Shown in pieces: positions 1-9,857 of a DNA stretch of 64,000 nt. The first letter of the stretch is position 1. Each line of letters begins with the position of its first letter. The stretch is from the NCBI GenBank assembly GCA_049523135.1, contig JBEKNE010000001.1:18095-82094 (forward strand). The letters are read 5' to 3'. Source of the stretch: Candidatus Microgenomates bacterium. GTDB lineage: Bacteria; Patescibacteriota; Microgenomatia; UBA8517. A model generated the notes under the pieces. It did no database searches, was not told where the DNA came from, and saw only the letters and a list, made by a program, of their open reading frames with translations. The translations under genes were made by a program, and so were the position numbers.

Positions 1-1149
1 GGTAATTATTTTTTTAAGTTCATCGTTTACTTTTTCCTTGGTCCAGTAGTAGCCGTTAAGATTCTGCACCCATTCAAAATAGCTTACAGTCACACCTCCG
101 GAATTGCTTAAAATATCGGGGATTACATCAATTCCCTTTTCAAATAAGTAATTATCCGCCTCGCTGGTGGTTGGACCATTAGCCATTTCAAAGACGACTT
201 TTGCGGAAACTCTTTCCATATTTTGCTCCGTGATTGCATTTTCGAGTGCCGCCGGAACCAAAACCGTTACAGGAAGTTCCAAAAGTTCGGCGTTGGTAAT
301 CAGTTTGTTTCCGTTTTTGACAGGATAATTCTTGAAGGACCCGCCTTTTTCTTTAAATTCACCAAGAGCTCCAATATCCAATCCTTTAGGATTGTAAATT
401 CCAGTTGAAGAGTCCGACACCGCAACAACTTTAAATCCAAGTTCTTTAGCAATTTTAGCAAAGTAAAATCCGACGTTTCCAAACCCCTGAACCGCCACTG
501 TCGAAGTTTTGATATTAAATTTTTTGGCTTTGGCGTAAGCCTCCAAAACAAATACTCCACCCTGACCTGTAGCCTCAGTTCTTCCCAGTGAACCACCCAA
601 CTCAACGGGTTTTCCGGTAAATGTTGCCGGAGCCTGATGACCGACCTTTTTCTCATAAGCTTCAAGCATCCAGGACATAATCTGCCCATCCGTATTGACA
701 TCAGGTGCCGGAACGTCTTTCCAAGGGCCTATATAAGGAATAATTAGCTTTGCGAAAGCTATAGAAAGATCTTTAAGCTCATCCTGGTTCAATTTTGAAG
801 GATCAACAATAATTCCACCCTTACCTCCCCCGTAAGGAATGCCTGCAACAGCACATTTCAGGCTCATGAGAGTTGCCAGAGCACGGACTTCATCTTCAGA
901 TACGTTTTGGTGAAATCTTATTCCCCCCTTAAAAGGCCCTCTGGCATCATTGTGCTCGATTCTAAAGGCCTGGAAGGTCTTTTTCTTACCATTCTTACCT
1001 TTGATGAAAATCTTTCCTTTAATAACCCTCTGAGGGGTTAATATTGCCTCAATTGCCTTTTTGAATCTTTTTTTGTCGGGATAATCTTCAGAAAGAATTA
1101 AAGAAGTGTCCTTAATTTGGTTAAGCGCAGCTTCAAGCATCGTGTTCAT
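1..1149 (-). CDS. gdhA: Glutamate dehydrogenase (Glu/Leu/Phe/Val dehydrogenase family), C-terminus runs off window start
   Basis: Minus-strand translation gives MNTMLEAALNQ... with the GIPYGGGKGG family signature around 780-850 and a Rossmann GFGNVG motif. The frame stays open to position 1. Confidence 0.85.
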   Translation of the reverse strand, partial: MNTMLEAALNQIKDTSLILSEDYPDKKRFKKAIEAILTPQRVIKGKIFIKGKNGKKKTFQAFRIEHNDARGPFKGGIRFHQNVSEDEVRALATLMSLKCAVAGIPYGGGKGGIIVDPSKLNQDELKDLSIAFAKLIIPYIGPWKDVPAPDVNTDGQIMSWMLEAYEKKVGHQAPATFTGKPVELGGSLGRTEATGQGGVFVLEAYAKAKKFNIKTSTVAVQGFGNVGFYFAKIAKELGFKVVAVSDSSTGIYNPKGLDIGALGEFKEKGGSFKNYPVKNGNKLITNAELLELPVTVLVPAALENAITEQNMERVSAKVVFEMANGPTTSEADNYLFEKGIDVIPDILSNSGGVTVSYFEWVQNLNGYYWTKEKVNDELKKIIT

Positions 1150-1161
1150 AATGGGAAAATA

Positions 1162-1695
1162 TTACATCAAAAAACCCATTATGCAAATAAGAAAAATCAC
1201 TACGCCAAAATATGTTTCCGATTGCCGGAAGTTGAAATTTACCGGAAAAATTCCCTTCCAGTTATCCAGGTTCTTAAGTTCAGTCAAGTCTATAAGCTGA
1301 TCTACCAGAAGATGAAGCGAGAAGGAAAGCACTAAACCCTTACCGAATATTGATACGGATGAACTCATCAACCAGAAAGTCAAAGCCAAAAAAATTACCT
1401 GAAAGAAAATTGTATGAAAAATAAGTCCTTTTCTCTCACTTCTCGTTTCGTAAAGAAGTTCTATAGCTCTCCCCACTTCTTTTTTACCCAACAAAAAGTT
1501 TACTCTCTGAGAAGTCAGATCTTGCGGACTCATAAAAAAAACATAAATAAGGTGATCGATATCGGGTAAAATAACTCCCACTAGTCCCCCAAGCCAAAAA
1601 GGCCAGTAATCAAGAACCAAAAAGCCTCTGACCAAAGAAAGGGCAACAAAAAAGAAAATCCAGAAAGAAAAATGAATAAAGAGGTCTCGTCTCAT
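1162..1695 (-). CDS. Hypothetical multi-pass membrane protein
   Basis: ORF of 177 aa with several hydrophobic helices. No recognisable motif. Confidence 0.45.
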   Translation of the reverse strand: MRRDLFIHFSFWIFFFVALSLVRGFLVLDYWPFWLGGLVGVILPDIDHLIYVFFMSPQDLTSQRVNFLLGKKEVGRAIELLYETRSERKGLIFHTIFFQVIFLALTFWLMSSSVSIFGKGLVLSFSLHLLVDQLIDLTELKNLDNWKGIFPVNFNFRQSETYFGVVIFLICIMGFLM

Positions 1696-1723
1696 GGCAG
1701 TAATTTATTATATATTACTTACC

Positions 1724-1966
1724 TTAAACTTCCTCATACAAACTTGAGACGTTGTGTTTATTACAATGAAGCCGTACCAGATGTATTGGTAAAGGATCTG
1801 AAGTGGCAGGGTCTACTTTTTCAGAATTGCGGGTATCTCTCTCTTCAACAACATCTTTTCCGCACGGAAGATGAATATATCCAAACATTTCCACTCCTAA
1901 CACATTGTCTGCAGCTCTATCTTCTTCCAATCTTTTTTCAATATTTTCCAATTCCGATACAGCCAT
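1724..1966 (-). CDS. Hypothetical small acidic protein (strand call uncertain vs overlapping + ORF)
   Basis: 80-aa ORF with a protein-like charged composition. It fits the minus-strand gene run. Confidence 0.25.
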   Translation of the reverse strand: MAVSELENIEKRLEEDRAADNVLGVEMFGYIHLPCGKDVVEERDTRNSEKVDPATSDPLPIHLVRLHCNKHNVSSLYEEV

Positions 1967-1973
1967 AAAAGTA

Positions 1974-2510
1974 TTATAAACCTCGTGTCAAAAAACGGAG
2001 TTTTTTACTCTTCCACTCCTCCGCATAGCCTATACCCACTCTGGGCAGTTTTTTAATTTTCAGGTCTTTAGATTTGATACCGGTACCCTCAATCCGGATT
2101 TTTTTGCTTTCAGTCAAATCCTCACCGTAAAAAGATTTATCTATCTGCAAATACTTTGTAAGTCTTGCGGGTCCCGTTACTGTATCCAAACCTCTTATTA
2201 AAACCGCCTGCGGATCGCCTTTTTTTGACGTAACAATATTCAGCATCCAATGCATTCCATAAGTAAAATAAACATATACTAAACCCGGTTCTCCATACAT
2301 TACTTCATTCCTCTTGGTTTTTTTCCCTCCAAATGAATGACAGGCTTTATCTTTTACTCCCAAGTAAGCCTCAGTTTCGGTAATAATTCCGCTTAATTGA
2401 TCGCCAGTCGGTAAAATCCTGATTAACTTTTTTCCAAGAAGATCTTTTGCTACAACTTTAGCGTTTCTGCTGAAAAACTTTCTATTCAGTCTTTTTTGCT
2501 TTTGCTTCAT
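1974..2510 (-). CDS. mpg: DNA-3-methyladenine glycosylase (Mpg/AAG family)
   Basis: ETEAYLG...DKACHSF...YVYFTYGMHWMLN motifs are typical of the AAG/Mpg fold. Confidence 0.75.
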   Translation of the reverse strand: MKQKQKRLNRKFFSRNAKVVAKDLLGKKLIRILPTGDQLSGIITETEAYLGVKDKACHSFGGKKTKRNEVMYGEPGLVYVYFTYGMHWMLNIVTSKKGDPQAVLIRGLDTVTGPARLTKYLQIDKSFYGEDLTESKKIRIEGTGIKSKDLKIKKLPRVGIGYAEEWKSKKLRFLTRGL

Positions 2511-2763
2511 TTTTCAATTGCGATAGTTTCCACATAAATAGTCTCCCTTTAGATTTTGCATTTGTAGCATCTTTAACAAAACTTCTGGCACGCTCAAGTA
2601 AAATTCTCGGAGTTTCTTTGGCAAGTTTCATATAAAGAGATTTATGAGGTAAATCGTTTAGTTCCACAGCGAGGTCGTAAGCATATTTTTGAAACTCGCG
2701 GGAAACGTATTTGTCAGTATCGTCTAATTTGTATTTTTGGATAATGTCGCCAATTTTTTGCAT
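2482..2763 (-). CDS. Hypothetical protein
   Basis: 93-aa ORF between pth and mpg with no recognisable motif. Confidence 0.35.
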   Translation of the reverse strand: MQKIGDIIQKYKLDDTDKYVSREFQKYAYDLAVELNDLPHKSLYMKLAKETPRILLERARSFVKDATNAKSKGRLFMWKLSQLKNEAKAKKTE

Positions 2764-3209
2764 ACTTCGCTTATAACACCATCTATAATCTTTTTTTCAT
2801 CATCTGTGAAGTCTTGAAGCACATATTCTTCGCCACTGATATTTGAATCAGTGGCTCTATTCTCAATTCCCACTCTCACTCTCCAAAAATCCTTGGTTCC
2901 CAATTCCTGTTCAACGGAATTAACTCCATTATGAATCTTGGGTCCAATTCCAAATTGAATTTTAAAAGAACCCAGAGGGATGTCCAAATCATCATGGATA
3001 ATGTATAGATCTGAGGGATCGAGTTTATATTTTTCAATCAGGTTTTTGACAAAACTACCCGATTCATTCATATAAACACTTGTTTTTTTAACTACAAAAC
3101 TCTGCGGAGGTTTCATTTTTTGAAACTCTTCCACAACATCGTGTCCAACATTATGTCTTGAGGCAAAATACTTCTCCTCGGGGTTACCCAGTCCTACTAT
3201 TAATTTCAT
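2724..3209 (-). CDS. pth: Peptidyl-tRNA hydrolase
   Basis: N-terminal LIVGLGNPEEKY...RHNVG signature of Pth. Confidence 0.85.
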   Translation of the reverse strand: MKLIVGLGNPEEKYFASRHNVGHDVVEEFQKMKPPQSFVVKKTSVYMNESGSFVKNLIEKYKLDPSDLYIIHDDLDIPLGSFKIQFGIGPKIHNGVNSVEQELGTKDFWRVRVGIENRATDSNISGEEYVLQDFTDDEKKIIDGVISEVCKKLATLSKNTN

Positions 3210-3214
3210 AAAAC

Positions 3215-3535
3215 TTAAACTTTCTTAAGTAGATTCCTGGAAACCTTACCAAGGACCGGTACCTCCCACTCTTCTCCCTGCCATGCCTTATAAATTAAAA
3301 TTAGCCAAAGAACAAAACCAACAAGACCAATTATTGCTGACAAAGGAAAGAGAATAATTGTTATCCCCAAAGCCCACTGAAGTACAAAAAGGATAACAAA
3401 TACTACTGTTGATTGCATTGCATGGAACCTGACAAACGGATCCTTTTCAATAACCAAGAAAAGAATTCCGGTTATCGGACCTAATACGTAAGCAAGTGCG
3501 CCGGCTGTAGTTTTTTTCAAACCTGTTTCTGCCAT
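3215..3535 (-). CDS. DUF4870-like small membrane protein
   Basis: AYVLGPITGILFLVIEKD...VRFHAMQS pattern and two transmembrane helices. Confidence 0.5.
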   Translation of the reverse strand: MAETGLKKTTAGALAYVLGPITGILFLVIEKDPFVRFHAMQSTVVFVILFVLQWALGITIILFPLSAIIGLVGFVLWLILIYKAWQGEEWEVPVLGKVSRNLLKKV

Positions 3536-3593
3536 TAATAATCACCCTCTTTCTAGTAATTTCATTTTTTCACACAACTCCCACTCAGGTCAA

Positions 3594-5282
3594 CTAGGAA
3601 GATTTCTGTAGCCTGAAAAGATCATGGAGTTCTTTCAAGGTTGTTGCACCCTCTGCACTTTTATCGTCTCTGAATTTAATCAAACGGGGAAATCTCAAAG
3701 CTAATCCGGCCGTATGCTTTGGGCTTACTGTTATTTCATCCGCCGCAAGTTCAACTACAACTTCCGGCTCAACCCAAAAATCGGGATGCAAATCACGATT
3801 TACATCATATTCTTTGGGCTTTTCCTTTACTTGTAATTTTGCCAAACGCTTTTTCAATTCCCTAAATTGTTCATCCGTTAAACCTGTCCCAACTTTTGTA
3901 ACGGTCTTAAAAGTATCTCCGTCCTTTACTCCAGCCAAAAATTGTCCCATTCCAAACCCAACTCTTTTTCCTTTACCTACCGTATAACCCATGATTACGC
4001 AGTCGATTGTGTCGGATAGTTTTCCCCGCTTCCCCTCAACTTCTTTCATCTTGACCCAGTTCCACCCAGTGCGTCCGCTTACATAACCGGCATTTGCTTT
4101 TTTAACAACAACTCCCTCGAGTCCCATCCCCAGATATTTCCGATGAAGCTTCTTTATTATTTCCGGATCTTTTGTAACAGTATTTTCATCAACTCTTAGG
4201 ACATTTCCGCTTTCAACAACTTTCTTAAGTATCTCGCGTCTTTCAATATATGGAGTATCTATCAGGCTTTTACCGTTAAAAAGAAGTATGTCAAAAACCT
4301 GAAATTGAAGCGGAATTTCACTCGCATTCTTGGCAATCTCGTGTTTCCGCCTTCTTTGAATTGTTTTTTGAAAATCCAAAAACATCTCACGCTTAGAGTC
4401 AACTCCGATAGCTTCGGAATCCAATATCGCCTCATCTGCATGAATAAATTTACCAACCTCTTTCAATTCCGGAAAAGTATCCAGAGGAATTGCATTCATA
4501 TTTCTGGTAAAAATCTTAATTTCATTAGGTTTTTTAAAGTGGATAAAAATCCTAAGTCCGTCAAATTTCGGTTCCACAGAAACCTCACCCATTTTTTTAA
4601 TCATTTCGGTTATGGAGTTGAGACGGGCTGCAAGCATTGGAACTACCGGCACCCCAACAACGGGTTTTGCAGCTTTCAAATTACCTTCTTTAACCAGTTT
4701 TGCAATATAGCCGATATCGGGTCTGATGTTATATGCTTCCTCAATATCTTTAGATGAAAAATGACTCATAGAGGATAAGGCGTCAATTACGGTCTTTTCC
4801 GAAAAACCAAGCCTGAGGCGCCCTACCGGAATCCGAGAAACAAAACGGACAGACAGCGGATCTAAACTTTTAAGAAGATTCGCAGTTTTTTCCACTTTTC
4901 TTTCCTGACTGCCTTCACCGTTATCCGCTGCAATTTCCAAAAGCTTCTCGTAAACATCCGTAACGGATTTATTATCCCCTCTTCCTGATGCTAGCTTTTG
5001 GGCAGTGTCGCCAACATCGCCTGACTTTTTATATTCGGACTTGACTCTGTCTTCAGGCAAATCATAAGTCTTTGCCAAAACCCTAATCATCATTTTTTCC
5101 GCCAAATTAAGAATTACTCCTTCGTAATTCGGCGCCAAAATTCCAAGAGAAAGATAAGTAACTTTATCTATTTCGGAGGCTGGGGTTTTACCAAAAAGCT
5201 CCGATAAAATCCGCGTTATTTCAAGCCTGCTTGAAGTCTTTTCCAATCTTTCCAAATATGAAGCCAGTTCCTTAAATTGCAT
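3594..5282 (-). CDS. lig: ATP-dependent DNA ligase (archaeal/eukaryal-type)
   Basis: KxDGxR adenylation motif (EPKFDGLRIF), EGVVVK motif, 562 aa. Confidence 0.85.
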   Translation of the reverse strand: MQFKELASYLERLEKTSSRLEITRILSELFGKTPASEIDKVTYLSLGILAPNYEGVILNLAEKMMIRVLAKTYDLPEDRVKSEYKKSGDVGDTAQKLASGRGDNKSVTDVYEKLLEIAADNGEGSQERKVEKTANLLKSLDPLSVRFVSRIPVGRLRLGFSEKTVIDALSSMSHFSSKDIEEAYNIRPDIGYIAKLVKEGNLKAAKPVVGVPVVPMLAARLNSITEMIKKMGEVSVEPKFDGLRIFIHFKKPNEIKIFTRNMNAIPLDTFPELKEVGKFIHADEAILDSEAIGVDSKREMFLDFQKTIQRRRKHEIAKNASEIPLQFQVFDILLFNGKSLIDTPYIERREILKKVVESGNVLRVDENTVTKDPEIIKKLHRKYLGMGLEGVVVKKANAGYVSGRTGWNWVKMKEVEGKRGKLSDTIDCVIMGYTVGKGKRVGFGMGQFLAGVKDGDTFKTVTKVGTGLTDEQFRELKKRLAKLQVKEKPKEYDVNRDLHPDFWVEPEVVVELAADEITVSPKHTAGLALRFPRLIKFRDDKSAEGATTLKELHDLFRLQKSS

Positions 5283-5305
5283 ACCCTATTATATATCGGA
5301 TTTTA

Positions 5306-6370
5306 CTACTTTCCTGCCAGGACGTATTTTGAAGCTTTTGTACTCCCCTCTTTCTTAATTATTCCTTTTTCCATCAGATCTCTGATTTCCCTGAGAATTG
5401 TATCTTCCGAAACCATTGGTAAAACTTTTTTAAGTTCATTCATTCCTCCTGAGCCCTGATCCGAAATGTACTCAATAAGACGCATCTGACGCTCGGTAAG
5501 AGCAACTTGCTCGCCAAATTTAACTTTAAGACGGGAGTCAACTGAAAGCTTCCTGACTTTATCTTTGATTTTGGTTAGCTCTATCGCCACAACCCCAGTA
5601 AAATATTCAAGCCACGGAGTAACTTCTCTTGCACCCAAGTTTGGAGACTGTTGGTCAACTTCACCCAGTGCCGCATAATAAGAAGCTGGGTCATCGTCAA
5701 AGTGTTCCTCAAGAGAAAAGAATTTTTTAATATCATAGCCCTCTCTCATTAAAATAAGTGTTGAGAAAGCTCTGACAGTTCTGCCATTTCCTTCGACAAA
5801 CGGATGGATTGCCACAAGAATATAGTGCGCTATTCCGGCTCTTATAATCGGGTGAATTTCGCGCGCCGAAGGGTCATTAAGCCATTCAAAGAAATCATCC
5901 AGAAGATATGGAACTTCATGGAATGGAGGCGGCTGGAAAATAATTTTTCCGGTTCCTTCTTCTTTAATCACTACCTCTGTAGTTCTAAAAACTCCAACTT
6001 TTTCCGGCATAACAATCCTATCAACCGTAAGCCTATGGATATCCTTAAGCATCTCAGGCTCATATCCTCCCCTTTTAACAGCCAGTTCGTCGAGAAGAGT
6101 CATTACATTTCGGTAATTTATGACCTCTTGAATATCGCGTGCCCTTGCATAAACTTCAGCTCCTTCCAATATTTTTTTAGTTTGATAAAGAGTTAAATCG
6201 TTTCCTTCAATATGGGTTCCGTGATGAATTGTACGAACTTGAGCATCGGATTGAAACTGCTTGGCAAAAGAAGGAACCAATGGAGCATTTTCAATAACTT
6301 CCTTACTGGCCTCAATTGAGCCAATATTCTTGAGAATTTTATTACTGATTACATATTTAGGAGCATACAT
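5306..6370 (-). CDS. Fic/DOC family protein with C-terminal winged-helix
   Basis: Canonical Fic motif HPFVEGNGRTVRA. N-terminal THIEGN resembles the inhibitory motif. Confidence 0.85.
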   Translation of the reverse strand: MYAPKYVISNKILKNIGSIEASKEVIENAPLVPSFAKQFQSDAQVRTIHHGTHIEGNDLTLYQTKKILEGAEVYARARDIQEVINYRNVMTLLDELAVKRGGYEPEMLKDIHRLTVDRIVMPEKVGVFRTTEVVIKEEGTGKIIFQPPPFHEVPYLLDDFFEWLNDPSAREIHPIIRAGIAHYILVAIHPFVEGNGRTVRAFSTLILMREGYDIKKFFSLEEHFDDDPASYYAALGEVDQQSPNLGAREVTPWLEYFTGVVAIELTKIKDKVRKLSVDSRLKVKFGEQVALTERQMRLIEYISDQGSGGMNELKKVLPMVSEDTILREIRDLMEKGIIKKEGSTKASKYVLAGK

Positions 6371-6414
6371 ACTAGTTTATATTAACGCATATTTTGCGGA
6401 AAAAACAATAGCAA

Positions 6415-7245
6415 TTAATCCTGTTTCAGAAGTTCGGGGATTTTGCGGGCTAAATCATCGGCACTGTAAAAAGTACCGACTTTTTCGTATAGCTTGTCTG
6501 CCGCTTCTTTGACTATAAAAGCCGCCGAGGAGGCTGCCAAAAAAGGATCATTCTTTGTCAAAAGCGCAACAGTAAGACCCGCCTGAACATCCCCCGTTCC
6601 TCCTTTGGTCAGCCCCGCATTTCCACCGGCAACGTCAATACAATTATTTGGTGAGCAAACGCGGGCTAGTTGATCTTTCAACACAATCACGCAATTATAT
6701 TTTTCTGCCGCTTTTTCCGGATTCAACTCCCCAAAAAGCATTTTGTATTCCCGCTTATTGGGGGTTAGGATTGCCATATTTGGTATCCAGATAGGATCAA
6801 GAACCTGAAGACTTCCGGCATCAATTACCCATTTTTTCTCCGGAAACTTTTTTAGAAAATCTTCCGTAATGTTTTTTGTTTTTGTTCCTTCGTTATCTAA
6901 TCTCTCGCCCTTCGTTTTTTCCTCTTCACTTTTATATCTCATCATTCCGGATCCGATCAAAACAGCATCGGACTTTCTGATATAATCCTCCGTTTCTTCC
7001 CAAGGAACCCAAATAAAGGAAAAAAGTTTTGATTTTACTTGATCGGCAACCGCGCCTACGCTTGGTTCCGGCGACGCAAAAAAAACCATATCAACAATTC
7101 TTGAAGCAGTTGTCAGAGCAAAAAGTGGAGCACCATGGAAAAGTTTGGATCCGCCGATAATAGTTACCCTCCCGTTTTGACCTTTTGAAGAATTCGGAGA
7201 AGGTATGTAAAGCTTTTTGAGAAAACCGGTATCAAAAACATCCAT
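6415..7245 (-). CDS. nnrD: ADP-dependent NAD(P)H-hydrate dehydratase (YjeF C-terminal domain family)
   Basis: GGSKLFHGAP... and GGNAGLTKGGTGDVQAGL motifs of the carbohydrate-kinase-like YjeF_C fold. Confidence 0.7.
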   Translation of the reverse strand: MDVFDTGFLKKLYIPSPNSSKGQNGRVTIIGGSKLFHGAPLFALTTASRIVDMVFFASPEPSVGAVADQVKSKLFSFIWVPWEETEDYIRKSDAVLIGSGMMRYKSEEEKTKGERLDNEGTKTKNITEDFLKKFPEKKWVIDAGSLQVLDPIWIPNMAILTPNKREYKMLFGELNPEKAAEKYNCVIVLKDQLARVCSPNNCIDVAGGNAGLTKGGTGDVQAGLTVALLTKNDPFLAASSAAFIVKEAADKLYEKVGTFYSADDLARKIPELLKQD

Positions 7246-7254
7246 ATAAAGAAG

Positions 7255-7458
7255 TTAATCGTGACCTATCTTATCTTTTTCCGGAACGCCTCCCTCGGGA
7301 CTCCCTGCCGCCTCAAACTCTTCCGCGGCTTTTTTAATTGCGGCGCTCATTTTATCATTCGCCATTTTTTCTTTTAATTTATTCTTAAAATATTCCATCC
7401 GTTCCCCATATGGAAGTTTATTGATATCCAACTCGTCTGCTTTTTCACTCATAACCAA
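7255..7458 (-). CDS. Hypothetical small protein
   Basis: 67-aa charged ORF upstream of recF. Confidence 0.3.
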   Translation of the reverse strand: MVMSEKADELDINKLPYGERMEYFKNKLKEKMANDKMSAAIKKAAEEFEAAGSPEGGVPEKDKIGHD

Positions 7459-7467
7459 ATATTATTC

Positions 7468-8538
7468 TTAAAGTCTTATTTTTTCAACCTTTTTAAAACC
7501 TGTAATGTGTTCATCTGTTGTTGTAATTATTGTCTGCTGACTATCGACGACTCCTATCACAATTTTTCTATGTCTTTCATCCAGTTCCGAAAAAATATCA
7601 TCAAGAAGAAGCGTCGGGCGCTCGCCGCTGACACTTTCCACAAAAGAAAGTTCCGCCATTTTCAGCCACAAAACCCCCATCCTCTGCTCCCCGCGGCTGC
7701 CGAAACTGGATAGATCCCTCTCAATTTTGAATTTTTTATTTTTAATCCTAAAAAGCATATCATCCCTGTGGGGACCCACCAAAGTTGTTGCCGCAGCAAC
7801 TTCTTCTTCTTTGTAATCCTCAAGACGTCCTTCCGAAATAATCGATTTGTCATACTCCAAACTGTAAATTGTAGAACCAAGTGCCTCCCGGGAATTAATA
7901 TATTCAATTAATTCTTCTCTTTTCCCTGAAATATAATCTCCGTTCTTAATCAAAAGCTGATTCCAAAAAACAAGCTGTCCGGTGGAAATCATTCCCTCGC
8001 GGATTTTATATAAAAGTCTGTTTCTCTGACGAAGTCCTTTTTCATAGGAGAGAATACTTCTTCTATATTCCCTGTCGGTTTGACTTAAAACCGTATCCAG
8101 AAATCTCCTTCTCAAACTGGGAGATGTTGTTACCAAATCAAGATCCCAGGGTCCAAAAATTACAACCTTGAAACTTCCGGCAAAGTCTACCAGTCTTTTC
8201 GGAAGTCCATCCTTGGTAAGTCTTTTTTTGGCAACTTTTTCAGGATGATCACTTCCTATATCAATTAGTCCTCTGGTCAAAGTAACTTCAAGGTCGCTTA
8301 TTTGCCCGTCATATTTAATTCTGGCTTTAACTCTTCCGATATCCTTCCCATAATTAATCATTTCCTGCTCCACTTTAGCCTTGAAACTTTTCCCTGTAGC
8401 AAGAAGTTGCAAAGACTCCAGTATGTTGGTTTTCCCGGAACCGTTCGGGCCGGTTATCACATTTATTCCAGGATTAAACTCAATGAGTTTTTTTCCGAAG
8501 TTTCGGAAGTCTGAGAGCCTTAACTTTAATATCTGCAT
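7468..8538 (-). CDS. recF: DNA replication and repair protein RecF
   Basis: N-terminal Walker A ITGPNGSGKTNILE and C-terminal LLLDDIFSELD signature. Confidence 0.85.
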   Translation of the reverse strand: MQILKLRLSDFRNFGKKLIEFNPGINVITGPNGSGKTNILESLQLLATGKSFKAKVEQEMINYGKDIGRVKARIKYDGQISDLEVTLTRGLIDIGSDHPEKVAKKRLTKDGLPKRLVDFAGSFKVVIFGPWDLDLVTTSPSLRRRFLDTVLSQTDREYRRSILSYEKGLRQRNRLLYKIREGMISTGQLVFWNQLLIKNGDYISGKREELIEYINSREALGSTIYSLEYDKSIISEGRLEDYKEEEVAAATTLVGPHRDDMLFRIKNKKFKIERDLSSFGSRGEQRMGVLWLKMAELSFVESVSGERPTLLLDDIFSELDERHRKIVIGVVDSQQTIITTTDEHITGFKKVEKIRL

Positions 8539-8986
8539 TGGCCAGCCAGTATAATATGCCTCCGACTATAAATCTAGGATAATACTCAAGAGGAATTCCA
8601 AGCCATGGCTCCTGACGATACCATCTGGCTCTTTTCGGAGTAAAGTTCTGCCAACCGTATGCGGGGTTAACCAAAAACCATAAAATTCCTTCAAAAGTTG
8701 TAAAGAAAACATAAAATGAAAGAAGCAAAAATTCTTTTTTTGGAGTCCACTCCGTAAAAAAGAAAGCAAAATGAGGAAGCGTTAAAAGTAAAATCCAAAG
8801 GTAAAGGTGGTAACCTGTCAAAGGCTTGCCGGCATAACCAAACATTCCGAAAAATGAAAACGGAAGAATTTTTCGCCAGGTAGGAAGAGCCGCCGCCCAG
8901 CCCATACGGCCCTCAATCTGAACTTCCAAAAGGGCCATTATAAAGGCAACAAAAAGTGTAAATGCAAAAAACTTTACGTGTTTCAT
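8480..8986 (-). CDS. Hypothetical integral membrane protein (start moved to internal Met MKHVKFF)
   Basis: Hydrophobic 168-aa ORF. The upstream extension would overlap mutM, so the start was moved. Confidence 0.4.
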   Translation of the reverse strand: MKHVKFFAFTLFVAFIMALLEVQIEGRMGWAAALPTWRKILPFSFFGMFGYAGKPLTGYHLYLWILLLTLPHFAFFFTEWTPKKEFLLLSFYVFFTTFEGILWFLVNPAYGWQNFTPKRARWYRQEPWLGIPLEYYPRFIVGGILYWLANADIKVKALRLPKLRKKTH

Positions 8987-9008
8987 TAAATTAGCATACC
9001 AATCGGAA

Positions 9009-9857
9009 TTATTTTTGGCAAATCGGACAAAAGTAAGTTCCCCGCCCGCCAAGAAAGAATTTTTTAATTGTAGCTTTATGACATCTTTCGCAAGGTTCAC
9101 CTATATGTCCATAGACCAAAGTATGATTTTGATATTCCCCTTCCTCTCCATCAGGTGTAACAAATGCCAGCTCGCTCGCTCCACCATATTTTATCCCCGC
9201 TTTCAATACTGACAAAATCGCATCATATAAATTTTTAACTTCTTTTTCTCCCAAACTGTCCGCTTTCTTTTTCGGATTAATACCCGCCAGCCAGAGAGCA
9301 TCATTCGCATAAATATTCCCCACCCCCCCCATTTTGGTCTGGTCCATCAAAACTATTTTGACGGGGCGTCCCGAGCCGGAAAGAATTTCCTTAAACTTTT
9401 CCAAGGTTAAATCTTTAAACGGTTCCGGACCCAATTTACTTATAAACTTTTCTTTTTCAACATCAGGAGTTTTTTCGATCCTGATCCAGCCAAAACGCCT
9501 GACATCGTTGTAGTAAAGCTCCCCACCGCGGTCAAGATTAAAAATAACTAAGGTGTGTGGACCCGGAATGCCTCCTGTAACTTTTGGGGATAAAGCTTTG
9601 GGGTTTTTAAGATTCGGACCCCTATAAATATATTGCCCGGTAAGTTTTACATGAGTCAAAATTGAGTAGTCGTTATTTAAATCTATTACTGAAACCTTGC
9701 CAAACCGCCTTGTACCAGTAACTTTTCCGCCAACAATTTTACCTTCATCTCCCTGAAAAGTTTTGCGGTTTCTAACCTCAACAGAAATGATTTTGTGCCC
9801 CGTAAGGTACTTTTCTAGTTGAAGCCTCATGGTCTCTACTTCTGGTAATTCAGGCAT
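9009..9857 (-). CDS. mutM: Formamidopyrimidine-DNA glycosylase (Fpg/Nei family)
   Basis: N-terminal MPELPEVE and a C-terminal zinc finger CERCH...CPICQ. Confidence 0.85.
   Translation of the reverse strand: MPELPEVETMRLQLEKYLTGHKIISVEVRNRKTFQGDEGKIVGGKVTGTRRFGKVSVIDLNNDYSILTHVKLTGQYIYRGPNLKNPKALSPKVTGGIPGPHTLVIFNLDRGGELYYNDVRRFGWIRIEKTPDVEKEKFISKLGPEPFKDLTLEKFKEILSGSGRPVKIVLMDQTKMGGVGNIYANDALWLAGINPKKKADSLGEKEVKNLYDAILSVLKAGIKYGGASELAFVTPDGEEGEYQNHTLVYGHIGEPCERCHKATIKKFFLGGRGTYFCPICQK

Noticed and set aside
300-701. 133-aa ORF on the minus strand inside the gdh region.
   Set aside because: It lies in an alternate frame of the strongly supported glutamate dehydrogenase gene on the same strand.
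1672-1968. 98-aa plus-strand ORF overlapping the 80-aa minus-strand ORF.
   Set aside because: Its translation is hydrophobic and aromatic-rich with no motif. The minus-strand reading is more protein-like and matches the local strand bias. Both are low confidence.
4262-4757. ORFs 4262-4456 (-) and 4305-4757 (+) inside the DNA ligase gene.
   Set aside because: They are antisense or alternate-frame ORFs with non-protein-like composition, nested in a well-supported gene.
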